Source: Mytilus californianus
Lineage: Eukaryota
Assembly: GCF_021869535.1 (NCBI RefSeq)
Contig: NW_026262675.1
Coordinates: 1,240,001-1,304,000 of the forward strand
Direction: 5' to 3'
DNA: 64,000 nucleotides
In this document: in pieces, positions 1-14,300 of the stretch
How the letters are laid out: every line of letters starts with the position of its first letter
How positions within the stretch are numbered: position 1 is the first letter of the stretch
Program-made: the position numbers and the translations under genes
Notes under the pieces: generated by a model
What the model saw: the letters and a program-made list of their open reading frames with translations, nothing else
What the model was told of the DNA's origin: nothing
The model's database searches: none

Positions 1-719
1 CTCCTCCATTTACAACAGCTGCTTCCCTCGAAAACTAACATAAATGGTTGAGTTATCTCGCATAGGTTTACGTACTAGTGTAACACAAACATATTAAGAA
101 GAAATGTGAAAAAAAAATGTGTGGCGCCAATACGCTTCCTTAGAAATTTTTGTACATTAAATAGATTGTATTTAACATTCATTTGTTGCAGGTAATCTTT
201 GGACATGTAATAATTCAAAAACTTTTCAACAATTATATATAGAAATCACCACCACGTAATTGTATTCGGAGTACACAGCAGAAAAATTAGGCAAACATAC
301 ATTATCTTTCCAGTTTGGAGCTTTTGTAATTATCCCCCAAATTACAACCGTTTCCATAAAGATGTGACCATTTTTAAACTCTAAAATTTGTTTGCATAAT
401 ACTTGATATTAAAGTGCACGTGTTAAAGTGAAGTACCAAGAAAGGCTTTAAAAGGCTCAGACTTGACAAAAATAATTCCAAAAAATCCAACAGCCTGATT
501 TCTGCTTAAACAACAAATGAAAAAAAAATACGGCAGAAAACACTCACTGACACCAGAATTTAGCAGAGTTTAAATTTTTTGTGAGCGTTCAACCCTCCCT
601 TTACATGGAATAGTGATACAACAACATAACAAACGAACAAACTGTAAAACAATAGTTGGAATAGGTTTGTTGTTTTTGTCGCTATATACATGCGATTTGT
701 TTGTTTATTGGTTTGCAAT

Positions 720-1085
720 TTTTTCTTGTGTTGTTCTGTTGCACTACTGTCCCGGGTGAGGGGTAGAGTTGGGCGCCACCAAACATATTTAACACTGCGA
801 GTTCATTGGAGTTCATGCTATTTCCTCAATTTGTGTTTGTAACCTTAAGAAATGTCTTCTTATTCAATCCATGTGATTTGAACATAGGCAAACTACTATT
901 GCCTTTATTAGATTGTTTCACATTTTGTCATCCCGAGGCCTATGATAGCTCATTATACGGTGTGGGGTTTTTGCTAATTGTTGAAGGTCATACGTTGACC
1001 TGTAATTGTTCACATCATTGTCCTTCGGTCTTTTAAATAGCTAATTGTTTCATTAATATTTATACCGCATCTCCTTATTTTTAAA
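720..1085 (-). mobile_element. Degenerate copy of the dominant Mytilus-type interspersed MITE-like repeat
   Basis: Shares ttgttgaagg..tacg.tgacct..aattgtt and ataccgcatctccttattttt motifs with the copies at 59400-60600. Confidence 0.6.
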
Positions 1086-1509
1086 TATGTATTTGTGAAT
1101 TTATAACAAACAACCCTTCCAACAACTTTCTATCATTACTATCAGTATCTTTGTACATTATTTGATAAGTAGGGATACACGATAAATGAACACGAGACAA
1201 TATTCCGTTGAAATAATAAGAAATAATCAATTTATTAATGGAACAGAGCTTTATTTGCGGTCATCATCTTGACAGTTGGTGGAAGGTCTACAATGACGAG
1301 TTTAAGAGGCCACATCTTACAGCAAACACAAGACGGCTCCTATCGTCGACTTTATCGGTACTCTCTTATACTCATATATAATCGCTACATATCTTTTAAA
1401 AACGTATGTCATATGCATACAAATTTTAGTACAATAAAGGTGTTCTGCAAATAATAAGTTTGTTTATTATAAACAATTAAATAATTTATTTTCTATTGAT
1501 TGAAATGTC

Positions 1510-4500
1510 TCACTTAATTCCCATGTACATCCATGTTGCCATGTTTGTAGAACCTGGCATTATTGTTGTAGTAGGATTCATTGCATTGTTATTTCCAAAT
1601 GAACTTTGTGATCGAGTTCCTGCTGATCCAAAAAATGAATTTCCTTGGCCAAAATTATGATTTTGCCCTGGGGGTGTAGTTTGGACCATATTCATTCCTC
1701 CTCCCCCTGATCCCACGTTTCCTGTAGGGTTATTATTCAATCCAGTATTTCCCATTCCAGGATTGTTCGTGTTTCTCATAGGCCCCATGCCTGTGTTAGT
1801 CCATCCTGTGCCAGGATTAGTCATACCTGGCATTTGTCCATTACCTTGGTTTGGCATAGCACTTTTATCAAGAATGTGATCTCGGACATTTTTCGTGCCA
1901 GAATTAGCTATTCCCGTACTAGCCTTATTACTTGTAACACCTCCTGATGTAGAGCCAGTTATAAAACTTCTAGATTGGGGGTTAGGTTGAGTAATACCCG
2001 TTCCAGAATTTTGGCTTCCCATTCCAGAATTTGCATTTGCCAAGCCTAAGTTTTGGTTATTCATATTACTCATTGTAGTACCCATGTTTCCCATACCATT
2101 TCCTCTATTATTTCCCATTCTCATTTGTCCATTTCCCCATCCCTTCATTCCCATATTTTGATTTGTCATACCCATACTAGGATTTCCCACACCAGAATTC
2201 CCCATACCCATACTAGGATTTCCCACACCAGAATTCCCCATACCCATACTAGGATTTCCCACACCAGAATTCCCCATACCCATACTAGGATTTCCCATAC
2301 CCATACCAAAATTTCTCATACCCATGCCAGGATTTCCCATACCCATACTAGGATTTCCCATACTATTCATTGAAGAACGCATACCATTAGAGTTCATATT
2401 ATTGGGAGTCATTCCATTTAAGTTTCGTCGGTTCATTCCGTTTCTAAATCCGCCACCATTGTTTCCCATATTCCCCCCATTCCAACCCATATGGTTAAAA
2501 CCAAAACCTCCCTGTCCCATCATTGGGAACTCTCCCATCATTTCCATTTGTTCAAACTCTCTTACTTTGCACGTGTTCATGCACCGTGTTATAGAATTAA
2601 ATCTGTTTCCATTCCCGCCGCAACCAGTATACATAAATGGCGTACATGCTTCTCCAACAAATGCATACTTTTGTACTTCCAGTTCACAGTTGAAACCTCC
2701 ACTTCCAGCTCCCTCATTTAAAGGTTGTTTGCACCTGCATTCTTTATTACATTCACGTATGGTTGAAAATCCCTGATAGAAGCAACCTCGATTCATAAAA
2801 CATCTACCGGAAGCTTCACTGAAAAACCATCGTTGCACAAACATACCCATACACATACCACTTCGAGGCATATCAAAGCAGTCTAATAATATAAAAAAAA
2901 TCTAAACGTTATCAAGAAATAAAACGAGTCGTATTATTTATGATATAACATGTTTAAAGCACACAAAATCCTAATTTAGCTTGTTTCCGTTAAGGCATGC
3001 CACTGACAAGAAAACTTAAACCAAATGGTAAAAAATACCAACAATCTTGTATATGCATGTTTTCTGGTGTATTGTTGTCTCACTGGCAATCATACCACAT
3101 TTCCTTATTTTCATATAAGTAAGATAATAGAGGTTGCTATAGAATAAGGAGATATGGTATGATTGCCAATGAAACACCTATTCACCAGAGTCAAAAGGGC
3201 GAGAGTGTCAACAACTACAGGTCATCGTACGGCCTTTCATAAGGTGAAAAATCCAGGTTGTTTTCTTAACTCCAGTGTCACATATTCCATGCATATTTAG
3301 GACGAGAACAACTTAATAATAAATTTCATTAGTAGATCTGCAAAGAGTATCGAACGGGAAATTTTGATTACCACATTAAAATTTAGGGTTTGTTGATTAG
3401 ATGCAGAAATGCACAAGGCATTGAACATAACGTCTCCATTACGACCGGATGTGAATGCGTATTTATACATCCCGCACGGCGAAACGGACGCATCTTAAGC
3501 ACTTAAAGGATATAAAAGGAATAGCCAAATTCACATATGATTAACTTCGCTTGTGGGAGTTAGAACCTTTATTTCTAGATAGTTTTCCAGTGGTTTACGA
3601 GATGATTGTTTCCTTCCCACCATTAAAAAAAACCAAAACAATATGGACGAGACACACAGACTGTGGATGTCTAGTGACGACAATATCTCATACTAGACAT
3701 AAAAGCTTAAGTACAGAAAAGAAAAAGGCATGTCCTTTTCTAAAATCAGGAATAATAAAATTATAATTTTCAAATCAGCATATAGATGAAAAAGAATTGC
3801 TGCAAAACCTTTCTAAAACTTTGCCGTGCAGTTATCTGTCGTATTTACAAGTAGACTCAGACGCCTCACTAATGAATCCAATACCAGACTTAAATGCAAT
3901 ATTGTGATTAGTTGGTAGTGTACGTAATCAAGTACTCCATAGATTTTTTTAAAATTTTACATATGGATTCTGCTTGTAAAAATATATCAGAAAATAAAAT
4001 AAAAAAAGGGGGTAACCGTTTTCGTTTTTTAGATACAAGCTGTGGAAATTAACAGCTAGCATGATACGCCAAAAATACAAAGGATATATAGGGAAAATCA
4101 TAAAAATAGGCAGATATTTTTACTTTATCAAGATTTTCTATTTCGTTGGTCCATAAAGTTTTTTTAAAAATCGATATACCATTCAAAAATGAACGACGAA
4201 TCCATTGATGCAAAGAAAGTCCCTAGCAACCGTGCTAGTTTTCAAGCTATATCCTGTGGAAGTTTGATTTTTAGCGGAAAAAAATAAAAAAATATTCGGC
4301 AACGTTATTGATGTCTACTGTAACGTCACCACAACTTCTACTCTACAACGCTATTATACAGTACAGTGTCGACACAAAATCGTGAGTGTGTATAACCCTT
4401 TTCATAATTATTGCAAATGCTCAAGCGTAATCAATAAATAAGGAAATAAACTGACTAACTTATAAGGCTATTTCTGCTGCCAGAAAAAAATGCAAATTTG

Positions 4501-7500
4501 CAAAAAAATATACTGCAAGTGAAAGAACGTTACTGTATATAGACTCTAACTCAATCTTTTCTAAATTAGACAGGGTTTCACATCTTATTTGAAATGCTTG
4601 TATTGTTCTAATTTTTATGAATCAAATATCGAGTTTGAAATTGTCCCGGTTAACACAGCGTTGACAGAATGATTCTATACATATTTGAATAATCGGTTTT
4701 AATATTGAGATCGCGTATAAACGTCTTTTCTTAATCTTATTTCTGCATGTCTGAAATATAATTTTCTGCATCTTTTCATCCTCACCATTTCCGGCGCTAT
4801 TCGAGGTATTGCGCACAAAACCCATTCTATTTGTCAGGTTCACACACGTACACGTGACACAACTCTGCAATTTTATTTAAAAAATTTCCTGTCTCGATCG
4901 CTTTCCCTTTAATTTTCTTTAACTACACGACAAAGCATGATATAATTATTTGTTAAATATTCACATCCAAAAAATAAGGAAACTGCATCTGCATATTATC
5001 TTGAGAAATTTTTATGTCTGTAATAAGGTCAAAAGAAGAACCCGCATATGAATTTCAGCAAAATAAAACAGATCGGAGTTTTTGATATAACTTCCCGTAG
5101 CACAGCTCATTCCCAGTGTTATGCCTTAGCATTGTGTATATCGTAATGATATAGCATTGTGTATAGTGAAATGCTAAAGCTTTGTATATAGTGATATGCT
5201 ATAAATGTACTGGTGTAATGCTATACATGTACTGATGTAATGCTATAAGAATGTGCCAAGGGCGATGTTATGAGAATGTATCCATCCAGTATGATGCTTA
5301 ATAAAATGTACCTAGTGTAATTTTATTAGAACGTACCTAGTGTAATGCAAGGAGACTGTTCATAATGTAATGCTATACGAGTTTACCTAGTGTAGTGTCA
5401 TACGAATTGTGCCTGTATATAATACAAATGAATTGCTTTTTTCTTAATATAATATAAAAATAAGGAGATGTGATATGATTGCGAATGAGACAACTATCTA
5501 CAACAGTTAAGGTAGATCGGGTGTCTTTTTCTGAGCGTCCGTTCTGGTCATGTTGCAAAAATACTTTTTAGTTTTAAAAATATTTTACCAAGTATCATTC
5601 AGTATACAACTTGAAATTTAAAGATTGAACTATCAAAAAATTAAGTGTCGTAAAGTAAATTTAAATATTTTAGGGATTTTTTTTTCAAGGAAATAAGGCC
5701 CGTGACCCCCTATTTTTATTTGATATTTCAGAAGTATTAATGAAAAGCAATTCTCTCACCGAATTTTAGCCAATTCTATCGTTTAATGTTTCCTCGATAA
5801 GAAAAATTAAGTTTCCCCTATAAACAATATAAAATAACCCAAATTTCGTTAATTTCAATGTATTATTACGAAAAAACAATCTCCGTGATCCCCAGTTTTT
5901 ATATTGAAATTTGAAATTACATTGACTCAGAAGAAGTCTTTTACAGAAGTTTAAGAAAAATCTATCGTCGAACATTTAGACACCCCAGCTACCTTAAATG
6001 AAGTGGATGTAAGCAATTATAACAGGCAACCATATGGCCTTCAACAATGTGAAAAATCCATACCGTATAGTCGGCTATAAAAGACCCTGACATTGTATAC
6101 ATTATTTTCTTCACCCCTTCCCCCTACCTTATACTCTTATACTGTATTCTATCATAATTTTCAATTGAGACTTGAGAAGAAATATTTTACCTCAAAATTG
6201 TATTCACTACTTCTGAATGACACAAAAGCACAACAAAAGAAAACAAATGTCTCTATCCATTCGAAATTGGAATTTGATAAAGAAAAAAAAAATAACATGT
6301 TCATACATTTTTTTCATACATGACTTTGTGTAGTTTCATTTTCAACCATGGTTCTAAATTTAGATGACACCTGTTTATTTTCTGCCCCTTTAAAACTTGA
6401 TTTGGATGACATAAATTTTACTTATTCTGAGATAAATGTTATAGTGCTCAATTCTTAGTTTCTGTGTGATGTTTTATGGACGGAATCTGATGTATTTTGT
6501 TTTTGCTGTTGGCTTTGTTCTTCGACTTATAAATGTTGCACTAGTGGTCGAATACCCCTTAGTATCTTTTATACTTTTTACATAAAAAACGGACATGATA
6601 ACGTCTTTCTAGTTCAACACACAAAGTCACATGCAATATAATTATTCGTTACCTACAATTTTACGCTACACGGTGAATTTCATTCAAAACTATGGTTTTT
6701 CAAAAAAAATTGTGGGGTCAATTCTGGGTTAATTTTAATGAATTTGATACGAAAAGAAGCAGAATTTTCAATGGTTTATATGTTAATTTGGTTTTAATTT
6801 TGTTGTTAGGCGTTTTTACTTTCTGTTGAAATAAACACGAGTCGTATTGTGTACCTGCTCCTGTGTGTCTAAAACAAAATCAGTGGTAATAGAGTCAGAC
6901 TAACTCACAATAGGATACTCAGATTTCTGATTAGAGTCATTCTGATAATTTCTTTGAAGTTTTGAGATAGCACTGGAATACTTGTTTGAATTCGTGATAG
7001 ACCGCACGAAGTCATTTCTCTTTCATGTGCCCATTTTTCCTTTCTTGGAGTATGGGAGATAACTCACGTAACTAATGACGCACGTTTTTTATCCCAAATT
7101 CCGCTAGAGGCGTGCAAATACGTATACTTCGCCTTAGATGAGTTTCTTTAACTAAGGATAAATTTATACTCTTCATTTCTTGAGGCTTCACAAAGTTCCT
7201 GGCGCTTCTCGCTTTCAGAACCTATGAAGCTATTTATAACTTTTGGTCTTTAAAATTTACCGCTCCATCAATAATAAACATTCACTGCTCTATCAATAAT
7301 ATGAATAGTCTGTGGATTAAACTTCGACCACTCAATCAATAATAATTTTAAGTAGTCTGTGGAATAAACATCGATCGCTCAATCAATAATATAACTAGTC
7401 TGTGGACTAAACATCGATTGATAAATGAATAATATAACTAATATGTAGTCTAAACACCCATCGCTCAATCAATGATACAATTAGTCTATCAAAATAACAA

Positions 7501-7626
7501 ATGCTTACTTCTATCCATTTTGCCAACAGCTCCAGCAGCTACAGGTTTTGGTGTTGCTTTTCTAGCTTGAGCATCAACATTCCTTGCATACAAGAGAACA
7601 CATACTAACAGAGCTAACTGCTTCAT
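1510..7626 (-). CDS. Secreted double-Kunitz protein with Met/Gly/Asn-rich low-complexity tail, ~496 aa; exons 7626-7509 and 2882-1510
   Basis: Exon 1 translates MKQLALLVCVLLYARNVDAQARKATPKPVAAGAVGKMDR (signal-peptide-like) and ends A|gtaagc (phase 1). Exon 2 starts after ttattag| at 2882 in phase 1, giving N-CFDMPRSGMC...KEC and CKQPLNEG...YTGCGGNGNRF...CMNTC (two 6-Cys Kunitz patterns), then a GMGNPSM-type tail. AATAAA signals lie downstream (~1461-1490). Extra small exons in the 4.6-kb intron are not excluded. Confidence 0.9.
2171..2290 (-). repeat. Coding minisatellite, 36-bp unit x3+ (GNPSMGMGNSGV)
   Basis: Perfect copies of cccatactaggatttcccacaccagaattccccata inside the Kunitz gene 1 tail. 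Confidence 0.9.
5115..5405. repeat. Degenerate ~20-bp tandem repeat (gtgtaatgctata...gtac)
   Basis: Repeated gtgtaatgct/aatgtac units in intron 1 of Kunitz gene 1. Confidence 0.6.
7280..7490. repeat. Degenerate ~50-bp tandem repeat, 4-5 copies
   Basis: Recurring tcaataata...tagtctgtgga.taaac.tcga units. Confidence 0.7.
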
Positions 7627-10600
7627 CTAAGATTTGATTTGAATACAATAACCGTTCTGGATAGTTTCAGCAGAAAATATTGGGCTACAAATAAATTCAG
7701 ATTGGGATTTTTCAAAACAAAAGATTTAATTTTTTTCAGACATATATGATTTGATTAAAAAAGTTAAAAATGAAATGCAACGAATGTATTCAAACAATTT
7801 TCCGACATGTAAATATGGTATATCAAGTTACAAAATAAATGCCTATCTGAAGTTCCCTCCTTTCTTTCTTTCTTTAATTGTATAAATAAAATACTATGTG
7901 TTTGTTACTATTTCATTTATTTGCGCGGTAAATTTTATTAAAGCATTACAAAATACCATGTTCACGTAGTTTTTGGTCATTAATTTTCCCGTCCTATGGC
8001 TATTTGTAACTTCTGATTGTTTCCTCGTCACTTCTCACTTCTATTTATAAACATTTGCATAAATATACACGTTTATTTTATCTCAACCAAATGTATCATT
8101 AAAACCAAACAAATAGAATAAGTATTATGCAGGACCGTATTTTTAAAGCGGTTGTATTTTCAAAAACAATAATTTCCTGGAAAATGCGTTTTTTTGCAAC
8201 TGATTATTGGGAACATTCATTTATTTAAAACAATATTTTTGAAGGAAAGATATAAATCATTAGACAGAAAATTCTTATAGAATGAACCTGTGATGTCATT
8301 ATTACATTAATATATTAATATATTTGACCTTAATTGTCATTCGTTTATGTATAAGTTTAATATGAGCTATAACCTAAACCAATGTCTGTTGAACATTTGA
8401 AAGATGTCATTTGAAAGAAGATTTATAGTATATTTTGATTTTCGAATTCATAGGGCCAAAAAAGGTAGCCTTATCATACCTGAATTAAATATCTAAATAA
8501 GTAATCAAACTTACATCAGCTTCCTGTGTGCCTCGTTCTACATTTCCATATATATCATGTCTACTTCATGACTGGCTGAATTAGTATGATGTCAGTTGTT
8601 ACCACAAGTTTGCATACTAATGTTCATTTGCAATGTAGATTATTTTTTAAATACCCATATACGTTGGTGTTGCAGAATATACATATTTCTCATTCAGAAA
8701 GTATCTCTTTATTCGAACAATTTATTTTACAGAATTTCAAACACGTGCTATCGAAAAGGAATTTTATTTCAATTTTTATAACCATATTTTCTATGCTATT
8801 TATTATTATTCCTACATATCCATATTGAAAATATAAAGAAATTTGAAGTTTGTGTTCCTTTTTATAGTGTAAAATAAGTATCTTATGGCCAGAGTTAAAT
8901 TTTCTTTTACGGTTCATCTATATAGATATTATGAGTGATGCGCTATCATCTCTACAGCAACATCGTGACAATAATTACAGTGGAACAATTCTATGATTTT
9001 ACACAGTAATCTAGGTTTTTTATTCTGGATTAACGCTCACAATTATGTAGAAAAGGTGGTAAACAATTATTAACAAAAGGGTGGTATAAAGTCAATTTAC
9101 CATTAGTATCGGGAATACAATACCGAGTAAAATACAGCAGGCGATTCTAGATTTTTTTCTTTAGTAGTAAAATGGTTCAACAGTTTTCTCTAACATTCAT
9201 TATTTATAAACAACCACTACATGATTTGTGTGTGTGTGTGTGTCTGTGTGCTTTCTGTTTCTGCCGAAAGCACACATTAGGACAGTATTCATTTAAATCT
9301 TAACTATTTAAGTACATTTTACCAGTTTAAAATGTCGTCTTGTCTTGAAATCAATTTCTCAAGTATGAGCAAAGTTTTTCTTTTAATATGCAGTTATTTT
9401 TAGTGGTTGCTGCTTGGATATCCGTCATGGTTGCTGCTTGGACATCCATCATCTAGTAGTAAGACCCTAATTGCTCTTTGTACGTCTGACGTAAAGCATG
9501 TATCAGTAAAGATGCTTACATGAAGTTATTTGAGTAGGAATACGACATCGTGGTGATATTTTTTTACTTTTGAAATAGATTTGTAACAGGCGTGGTTAAG
9601 TTTAGATATTAACATGGAGCTTTCGGCGAGTTACAGACAAGGCTAATTAATTGTTGTCGTGTATAAAACATTTATTTATAGAAGATATTACACAATAAGC
9701 AAAGAGAACGATGATTTATAATGTAATATCAAATATTTTATTACGTTCTATCCTTTTTTTAATCAGGATTTTATTCTAGAAATTTATAACGTATTAAATC
9801 AAACTACTGAAGTACTGAACATCGGATGACTGCAAGTTCTGGTGGATAGTCACAGGCACTTGTCTCAGAAAAAATAAAATATCTCTATACCTGAAAATTA
9901 GGTTAAGGTACATAGATTTATTTTTTTTCTGAAACAAGTTCCTGTGTGGATGATGAATAAATGACAGAGAATTCAACCTCACCGTAATAATTATTATATT
10001 GTAGTGATATAATCATGGGACAATAATTTGTTATCAGTATATTCTGGTTTGTTGTTATATATTATATTAATATTTGTACAACAGTTATATATATAGCAGA
10101 TCATCTTAATAACTCTACCGGCAAATTTTCATCCATTTATACCATTATTCTATTCTACTATTCTAATGATAGTGCAGTGCAAGTGCATGGTGGACCCTCT
10201 TCTGTAATAATTCGTTTTTCTAATAAATTTGATTTGAGTAGGCATTCATATTTCCCCCGCTAATGAATATGTATTGATGAAATTAATATATATCAAGCGA
10301 TAAGAGATATTCATCCGCAATCAAAAATTTTCGGTACGTGTGCATAGATATTAATGATTTTTTTACTTATATATATATATATATATATATATATTTCTCA
10401 AAACAAAACATTTTCATATTATTTATTTGTGTTCTTAAAAAATATTTTCATGAGTATTCATTGAAGATATGAATTTATAACAAGCGATAAGGAATGTTAT
10501 TCTGCACTCGATAATATCCGCGTATTTATACGAAATACGTTCAGTTATCAGTCAAAAACGCAAGTCACGTGGGTAGAAATGTCTGCGGCAAAATATATTA

Positions 10601-11372
10601 ACACCGGAATGCCCTCAAGGTCATCCGCTGTAAAAATAGGTAGATGTTTATTTTCCAAAGGTTTCTATCAAAATACATATCCTTAACACTACATAACATC
10701 AACTGCGTATTTCAAAATAAATCTTCCGTTCTATGGCTATATAAAAGTAGTGACGTATAATTTAATGACAACTTTTATTTACCAATTTTTTAACAGAAAA
10801 AAAGCAAACTGTAAAATGTAAATATGCATATGTTTGTTATCACATATGAACTTGGATTATTGTTGTTTTTATCAAATATAAATAATTTAATCATAAATTG
10901 TATGGTCACCACAAAGTCCCAACTAGATTACCATTGTCCATAAAACATTCGTATTAAATAAATACAATGCCTTTTATTTTCCATGGCATAGGTTTGCGTA
11001 AAATGATAAGTTTGACGTTTCACAAGAAATAGTTTTGATCAGCAAGAAATTGAAATTATTTTTTCGTGGCAGAATGTTTTTATATTTTTTATCTTTTTGT
11101 AAACCAACTCGACATTCAAAACATATAACCACATAATATTTTTTTTTTGAACTTATACTATAAACTCTGCATTTTTTTCATAACACTTTAATAACTGAAA
11201 AAGTATAATTTTGTACACTTGGAATTCAATCCGGAAAATTTTGTTCTTTGAACAGGGACGAAAGTTTGATTTACATTTATTTTAATCGATCTCCAGTTTC
11301 ATATTCTTGAACATAACAAATGTATCATCGTCATCTAAATGACAGTTAGTTTTTATGTGTTAAGTGACATAT

Positions 11373-14300
11373 TTAAACAGCAATATTATTCATCCAAGAC
11401 GGTTGAATTGGTGATGATATTTTTCGTGACCCACCAGTCATACTTGTTGCAAATCCTCGGCCACCTCCTGTAGGAAGTTCACTCATTACTCCTCCTCCAC
11501 TATTGACTCTAAAACCTCCTGGGTTGACTTTTCCTCCTGATTTTCCCGACAAAGAGTTCATACTAAATCCGCCTCCACCTCCACTAGTCATTCCTCCACC
11601 TCCCATTGACATGCTTCCACCTCCCCTTGGCATGCCTCCACCTCCACTAGTCATTCCTCCACTTCCCATTGACATGCTACCACCTCCCATTGGCATACCA
11701 CCACCTCCCATTGACATACTTCCACCTCCCAATGGCATGCCTCCACCTCCACTAGTCATTCCTCCGCCTCTCATTGACATGCTTCCACCTCCCATTGGCA
11801 TGCCTCTACCTCCACTAGTCATTCCTCCACCACCCATTGACATGCTTCCACCTCCCATTGGCCTGCCTCCACCTCCCATTGACATTCCTCTACCTCCCAT
11901 TGACATTCCTCTTCCTCCCATCGACATTCCTCCACCTCCTATCGGCATAGCACCAGAGCTTCCAGAGAAACTAGTCATACCCCCTGTAGCCATGGGACCG
12001 GATGATTGAACACTTAATGTCCTTTTGCCACCTGTAACGATTGGTCCTGATGACCAAGATTGCCTCGTTTTTTCTGCCTTCACGAGACCAGGTCCCGTTA
12101 ATTCGCGTCCAATAATATTACGATTGTTCGCTCCTCCAGGTATGTTTGCTGACCTTGACATAGCTTGGAAGACACCTTTATTTAAAGCTGGTGCGTTTTC
12201 ATTATGTAGCCATACGGTTCTACTGCCACCAAATTTTTTTCCGAAAGTTCCGCCCATACTTCGGTCCCCGGAAATAGAAGTTATTTTCATACTTCCCCAA
12301 TTAAGTCCTTTTGGTTCGAGGTTTATTGTGAACGACCCTGAACAAATTTTATTACATTCCTCGTATGATTTAAAATTATTACCATTCCCTTGGCAACCAC
12401 CATACCAAAACTTTTCACAACATCCGCGAGATGGATTATAATACCATCTTTCTTTGATAGCCTTGCATGGTCCGGCATCTGGACTTACTTGGCATGCACA
12501 GCTCTGGATGCAGTCATCCATTGACATAAACCTATTATCATTACCACCGCATCCTCCATACATAAACTTCTCACACTGGCCTGTTTTTGTGTTGTAATAG
12601 TAGTTAGGTATGCTGGCCATGCATGATCCTTTCATCACTGGTAAGGTACATCCTGTTAATAATAAATGGTTTTGGTGTTCAACGAATGAATGTATGTTTA
12701 TAGCAAAATGTAAGTTTCATGGGTTCTTAATGGTAAAGTTAAAGTCTTCCGTTCGAAAGTTTCACGAACGCAATCATGATGTCGTTATGGAATATATCTG
12801 TCATGTGACCTAAGAATATATATTGCCTTCACAACTTTATTACTGCACCTGCCGGGATTCGAACCCGGAATCTCTGGCTCAGTAAGCCACCGCTCTACCA
12901 ACTGAGATAGAGAAGTACTCCACTAGCACAGTTAATGGAAGGCGGATATATATCTACTTAGTAAGGGGAACTACAGTCACTGATTTTTACGGATATGTTC
13001 CATATGCATATGATTCCGATTATGGCATAACCGTTTGTGACATTTTACCAATTTGTTTTACTTGCCATCTTCTCCCCCTTTTTAAAGGATCCTTGTTATT
13101 GTCTATTGTTGTTAATACATTGATGTTTTTGTTTGAACTTGAGGAAACTTATAGAACTTGGCATATTAAATAGTCACTTGTACAAAACCTTTGCTATTGT
13201 AGTGTTTGCTTGTTTTGCCATTGGTGTATACCTTACATTTTATTTGCTTACCCTTCCGGAGCACCCGTGATCACCATAGGTTTTTTGTTGGGGATCGTGT
13301 TATTCTATGTTCGGTGCTGTAGACTATTGTTTCTCTTTTCGTCGCTTTACGTTTTTTAGCCATGGCATTGTCACTTTGTCTTCGACTGATGAGTTCTAAT
13401 ATCCCTTTGGTATCTTTTATATTCTAGATAAACTTGACTTTACACATAACAAAGCAAGCAGGACGGTCCATTTGACTTTACACATAACAAAGCAAGCAGG
13501 ACGGTCCGTTTGACTTTACACATAACAAAGCAAGCAGGACGGTCCATTTGACTTTTCTTTATGTTTTCCTTTGTTATCTTATAATCGTAAAACATTGTAA
13601 GTTCATGTCTAATCATTTTGCTCAGATTTTGGAACTGTATTGGTAAAAAATTGTTCGGTGAAGACATTGCCGAACTGATTTTCTTTCTTTCTTTTGTATG
13701 TTTCTCTTTTTGTTTTTTGTTTTTTGTCTTTTGTCAGTTTCTGTCTAAAACCTTGTCTGAACTAAAATATATTTAATGTAATTCTTCTCTCTAAGCATAA
13801 TATACTTGTAATCTAATGATTTATTACTAAACCTGATGTATCTTTGAACTTACTTTCTGGATCTGCAATTACGTAATTGTAAGTTAAATCCGAAATAATG
13901 AAAGAAAGAAGGTACAGCAACTGAAATAAATGAAGTTAACAGACTATGAGTGACATTAACAAAGGATATACATGATTGATTAAGCAGTGACTGATACAAG
14001 ACACCGTACAATGAAAAAAATTTAATTTTGTATCACCATATAGGCGTATTGAATATATATGCTTAAAATCTTGATGCTTTTGATAAAGAAATATTTTATT
14101 GTCTAAACTATTACGTTACAGTGTTCATAATTGAACAAAGAACACTTACTCTGAACAATTTTCTTTAAAATGGTTTGTTTTATTGTATGAAAACTTAAAT
14201 CCCAAAACTGATGAAAATATTGTCCGACTTGAGCCATTTATCATTCTGATCTTGGGATCAAAATTAAAAAAAATTGCATCATTTGTTACACTCATCTGAT

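Noticed and set aside
2053-2776. His/Thr-rich and Pro/Ile-rich + strand ORFs
   Set aside because: Antisense shadows of the coding repeat in Kunitz gene 1.
8505-8572. Minus-strand segment flanked by a good acceptor and gtaagt donor upstream of Kunitz gene 1
   Set aside because: Stops in all three frames; at most a 5' UTR exon, which cannot be supported without transcripts.
11503-12009. 168-aa polyproline ORF on the + strand
   Set aside because: It is the antisense shadow of GGN/ATG-rich codons of Kunitz gene 2; it has a TTG start and no independent gene signals.
12844-12916. Functional tRNA gene
   Set aside because: The acceptor stem is unpaired and the D-stem is altered; kept only as a tRNA-derived relic.
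13380-13400. CTGATGAG resembling a hammerhead core (also minus strand at ~58145)
   Set aside because: No stem II/GAAA/UH arrangement follows.
13433-13555. 38-bp repeats of CRISPR-like length
   Set aside because: Head-to-tail with no spacers, no cas genes, and a eukaryotic intron context.
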